DNA of 64,000 nucleotides from Nannocystis bainbridge (GTDB lineage Bacteria; Myxococcota_A; Polyangia; Nannocystales; Nannocystaceae): NCBI RefSeq assembly GCF_028368995.1, contig NZ_JAQNDL010000003.1, positions 1,984,001 to 2,048,000 of the forward strand, read 5' to 3'. Shown piece by piece: positions 61,282 to 64,000 of this stretch (position 1 is its first letter; each line of letters starts with the position of its first letter). The notes under the pieces were generated by a model. It saw only the letters and a program-made list of their open reading frames with translations, ran no database searches and was not told where the DNA came from. The position numbers and the translations under genes were made by a program.

Positions 61282-61757
61282 TCGGCTCCGCAGCGAGCAC
61301 GTGGTCGAAGCTGTCGGCGAGCGGCTCACGGCGAGGCCGCGAGGCGGTGCGCATCTGCGCCAGCCGCCCGTCGCCGCCACGCCGCGCGGTCGTCGTCGGT
61401 CGGACCGCGAGCGCGGCTCGTCGCTACTGGCCCGGACCGGGAGCGCGAGCCGACGCTCCATCCTGAAGCCAAACCCGCGAACCCCCGCTCGTGCCGCATG
61501 AGCGGGACAGCCGACTCCGACGTCCCGTTCGCTCCGGCGCCCCTGGACGTGCAAGGATTCTGCGTGGCCCCCGACGGGCAAGCGACGCCGGGCTTCCGCC
61601 ACGGGAGCACGACGAGCCCTCGGCGCCCCGGGAGCCAGGAGAGCGCGCAAAACGGATGCCCGGGGTAGCCCTGTTCATCGCTCCGTCCGACCTGGTCGTT
61701 TGCGCAGAGGCGCCATCAGGCCATTGCGGCGCCCGATGAGCCCGGTATCATCCGCCG

Positions 61758-62630
61758 ATGATGCCATGCCTGCAGCGGACGAGCGCCTCGCTCCTCGTCC
61801 TCACCCTTTTTTCTGCCAGCCTCCCCGCCCACGCCCAGCCCGCCGAGGCCGTCGCCGCGCCCGCGGAGCAGCCCGGCGATCGCGTCCACCTCGTCAACGG
61901 CGGCATGGTCCAGGGCTCGATCCTCGAGGTCTTACCGAATGACTCGTTGACCATCGTCTCGGCGGCCACCGGCGACCGCAAGACTTTCTCCTGGTCCGAG
62001 GTCGCCGCCTACGAGCAGGGCGGCCAGCGCATCGAAGTCGGCGCCGTCGCGACCCCGGCCCCCGCCGCGCCCGAGCCACCGCCGGCTTACGGCCCGCGCC
62101 TCCATATCGAGACCACCAAGCCCGCCAGCGTCCAGCTCTATGAGATCACCGGCGAGATGATCGCTCACGGCGCCAACGTCACCGTGCACGGCATCCACTA
62201 CCGCTCCGTGTGCTCGGCCCCGTGCGGCGGCGTCATCGACACCAGCCGCGGCAGCTCGTTCTTCTTCGGCGGCGAGGGCCTCACCACCTCCAATCGCTTC
62301 AACCTCGCCGACGCGCGCGGCGACGTCACCGCCCTCGTCAAGCCCGGCCGCAGGGGCCTGCGGATCGGCGGCATCATCACGATGAGCGTCGGCATCAGCC
62401 TCATGGCCCTCGGCGGCTTCCTGGTCTGGTACGCCAAGTCCGAGGCCGAGTTCGATGCGGAGCTCAACGGCGGGCCCGCTCGGTCGCCGAAGTACGGGGC
62501 GCCGATCGGTCTGCTCGTCGGTGGCGCCGCCGCCCTCGCCGGCGGCATCACCATGATGGTCCTCGGCAAGACGCGCTTCCAGCTGAAGACCGGCGGCATC
62601 GGCCTGCTCCGCCCGCTCCGCTTCGGCTGA
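61758..62630 (+). CDS. Hypothetical exported protein with C-terminal TM hairpin
   Basis: Signal peptide ('ASLPAHA-Q'), 'DRVHLVNGGMVQGSI', 'CSAPC', two Gly-rich hydrophobic helices. Confidence 0.75.
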   Translation: MMPCLQRTSASLLVLTLFSASLPAHAQPAEAVAAPAEQPGDRVHLVNGGMVQGSILEVLPNDSLTIVSAATGDRKTFSWSEVAAYEQGGQRIEVGAVATPAPAAPEPPPAYGPRLHIETTKPASVQLYEITGEMIAHGANVTVHGIHYRSVCSAPCGGVIDTSRGSSFFFGGEGLTTSNRFNLADARGDVTALVKPGRRGLRIGGIITMSVGISLMALGGFLVWYAKSEAEFDAELNGGPARSPKYGAPIGLLVGGAAALAGGITMMVLGKTRFQLKTGGIGLLRPLRFG

Positions 62631-62662
62631 TCTTTCAGGCCAAGCCCATCGCCGCGCTCGAG

Positions 62663-62696
62663 AGATTTGGAGGTCGCGCGAGCGACCTCCAAATCT
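62663..62696. terminator. Perfect 15-bp stem with GCGA loop between convergent genes
   Basis: AGATTTGGAGGTCGC-GCGA-GCGACCTCCAAATCT, 32 nt after the 62630 stop. No long U-tract, so terminator status is tentative. Confidence 0.55.
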
Positions 62697-62960
62697 TCAA
62701 AAATTCCGCACCTCTCATTCGATCGTTCGCCAATCACAGCACCCTGCGATCGCCCCGTCCCATGCCGGACTCGCAGGATTTGGCGCCGCGAATGGCACGA
62801 CTGCCTGGCCTGGTCGCGAGACCCCATTCGCCTCGCCGGAGCATCGCGCACCCAAATTGTGACGCGAGTGAATGGCCTGGGTGATCGAATCCTCGATCGT
62901 CGGAGTGGAGGGCCATCGTGCACCCTCCCGGACGCTCACATAGGCCCGCGGCGAGCATTA

Positions 62961-63470
62961 TTAAATCTCGCGGCGCATGAAGACCCGCGACGACTCGTCC
63001 AGCCCGCGGGCCTCGTGTTCCACGCGGATCGCCGCCATCCCTGGCGTCAGCGCCTCGACCTCCACGAAGCCCAGGCGGCGGTAATACGGCGCGTTGAACG
63101 GCACGTCCTTGAACGTCGACAGCGTGAGCGCGGCCCAGCCGCGGGAGCGAGCGACCGCAGTCACCGTGTCGAGCAGCGCTGCACCGATCGCTCGGCGCGC
63201 GTGGCTCGGCAACACATCGATCTGCTCGACGTACGCGCAGCCTTCCAGCTCGCGGAACATGACGAACGCTACTGGAATCTCGTCTGCCGCGGCCACCAGC
63301 AGCCCGCCCTCGGCGATTCGCCGCGCCAGCGTGTCCACATCGGTCGGTTCGTCGTCGGCGATCGCCGCCCGGCTCGTGCCGACGAAGCGCGTCGCCGAGA
63401 TCTGCTCGATCTCGCGGACGCGCCCGATCTCCGCGGCGCGTGCAGGGCGAAAGCTCAGGCCGTCCGTCAT
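62961..63470 (-). CDS. GNAT-family N-acetyltransferase
   Basis: 'YVEQIDVLPSHARRAIGAALL', 'LSTFKDVPFNAPYYRRLGF'. Confidence 0.9.
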   Translation of the reverse strand: MTDGLSFRPARAAEIGRVREIEQISATRFVGTSRAAIADDEPTDVDTLARRIAEGGLLVAAADEIPVAFVMFRELEGCAYVEQIDVLPSHARRAIGAALLDTVTAVARSRGWAALTLSTFKDVPFNAPYYRRLGFVEVEALTPGMAAIRVEHEARGLDESSRVFMRREI

Positions 63471-63586
63471 TGCGGCCCCGAGGGTCGCCCTGGTTCGCCG
63501 GGCTCGCAACCCCCGCGAGCGCTCGCTCGCAGTTCCGCGCCCCGACGCATCCTCCCATCGTCGCGTCGCGGCGTATCCTGCGCCTC

Positions 63587-64000
63587 ATGATCGCCGCGAT
63601 CGCCGGGGACATCATCGGCTCGGTGCACGAGCGGGCCGACATCAAGCGCACCGACTTCACGCTCTTCAAGACGAGCAGCAGCTTCACCGACGACACCGTC
63701 ATGACGATGGCCGTCGCCGACTGCCTGCTGCACCGCAAGCCCTACGCCGCCACCTTGCGCGAGTACGGCCGGCGCTACCCCGATCGCGGCTACGGCGGCA
63801 TGTTCCGCGAGTGGCTCGCCGACGACGCCATGGGCCCCTATCAGAGCTTCGGCAACGGCTCGGCCATGCGCGTCAGCCCCGTGGGGTTCGCCATGCGCAA
63901 CCTCGACGACGTCCTGTCCGAGGCGCGCGCCTCCGCCATGCCGACCCACGATCACCCCGAGGGCATCAAGGGCGCCCAGGCCCTCGCCGTCGCCGTGTTC
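63587..64000 (+). CDS. ADP-ribosylglycohydrolase family protein, truncated by window end
   Basis: Hand translation: 'MIAAIAGDIIGSVHE...FTDDTVMTMAVA...YGGMF...SFGNGSAMRVSP...THDHPEGIKGAQA'. Confidence 0.92.
   Translation, partial: MIAAIAGDIIGSVHERADIKRTDFTLFKTSSSFTDDTVMTMAVADCLLHRKPYAATLREYGRRYPDRGYGGMFREWLADDAMGPYQSFGNGSAMRVSPVGFAMRNLDDVLSEARASAMPTHDHPEGIKGAQALAVAVF

Noticed and set aside
36185-62810. Sigma-54 promoters at TGGCA(C) words (about 36188, 54885, 62793)
   Set aside because: The required GC at the -12 position is not at the correct spacing.
40401-64000. ADP-ribose metabolism system linking the NUDIX hydrolase and the ADP-ribosylglycohydrolase
   Set aside because: They are 23 kb apart with unrelated genes between and no ADP-ribosyltransferase in view.

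Overview
High-GC (roughly 70-73% by eye) bacterial chromosomal window. Gene content (Cys-rich DUF4215 repeat lipoprotein, FG-GAP lipoprotein, DUF1592/DUF1552 pair, Hanks-type Ser/Thr kinase, lipoprotein + TonB-dependent receptor pairs) points to a myxobacterium, plausibly Nannocystaceae (inference). About 44 protein genes can be supported: a trehalose/alpha-glucan cluster (mak-treS-glgE divergent from a fused TPS/TPP), a small lower-GC islet with orphan immunity-like genes, regulators, transporters and many secreted or lipoprotein hypotheticals. No rRNA, tRNA, CRISPR-cas, transposase or integrase was recognised. Two things stand out. (1) A dispersed DNA element: the palindrome GACATGTC, seen as at least 20 exact copies plus many variants, usually phased at exactly 14 bp (8-mer + 6-nt spacer). 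It occurs at about 35 loci, mostly just after stop codons but also inside genes, and is amplified into short tandem arrays. (2) A closely coupled two-gene module (14780-18069) that from memory resembles the PIP-45-1/PIP-45-2 type of binary insecticidal protein. All family assignments come from motif recognition by eye and were not checked by database search.
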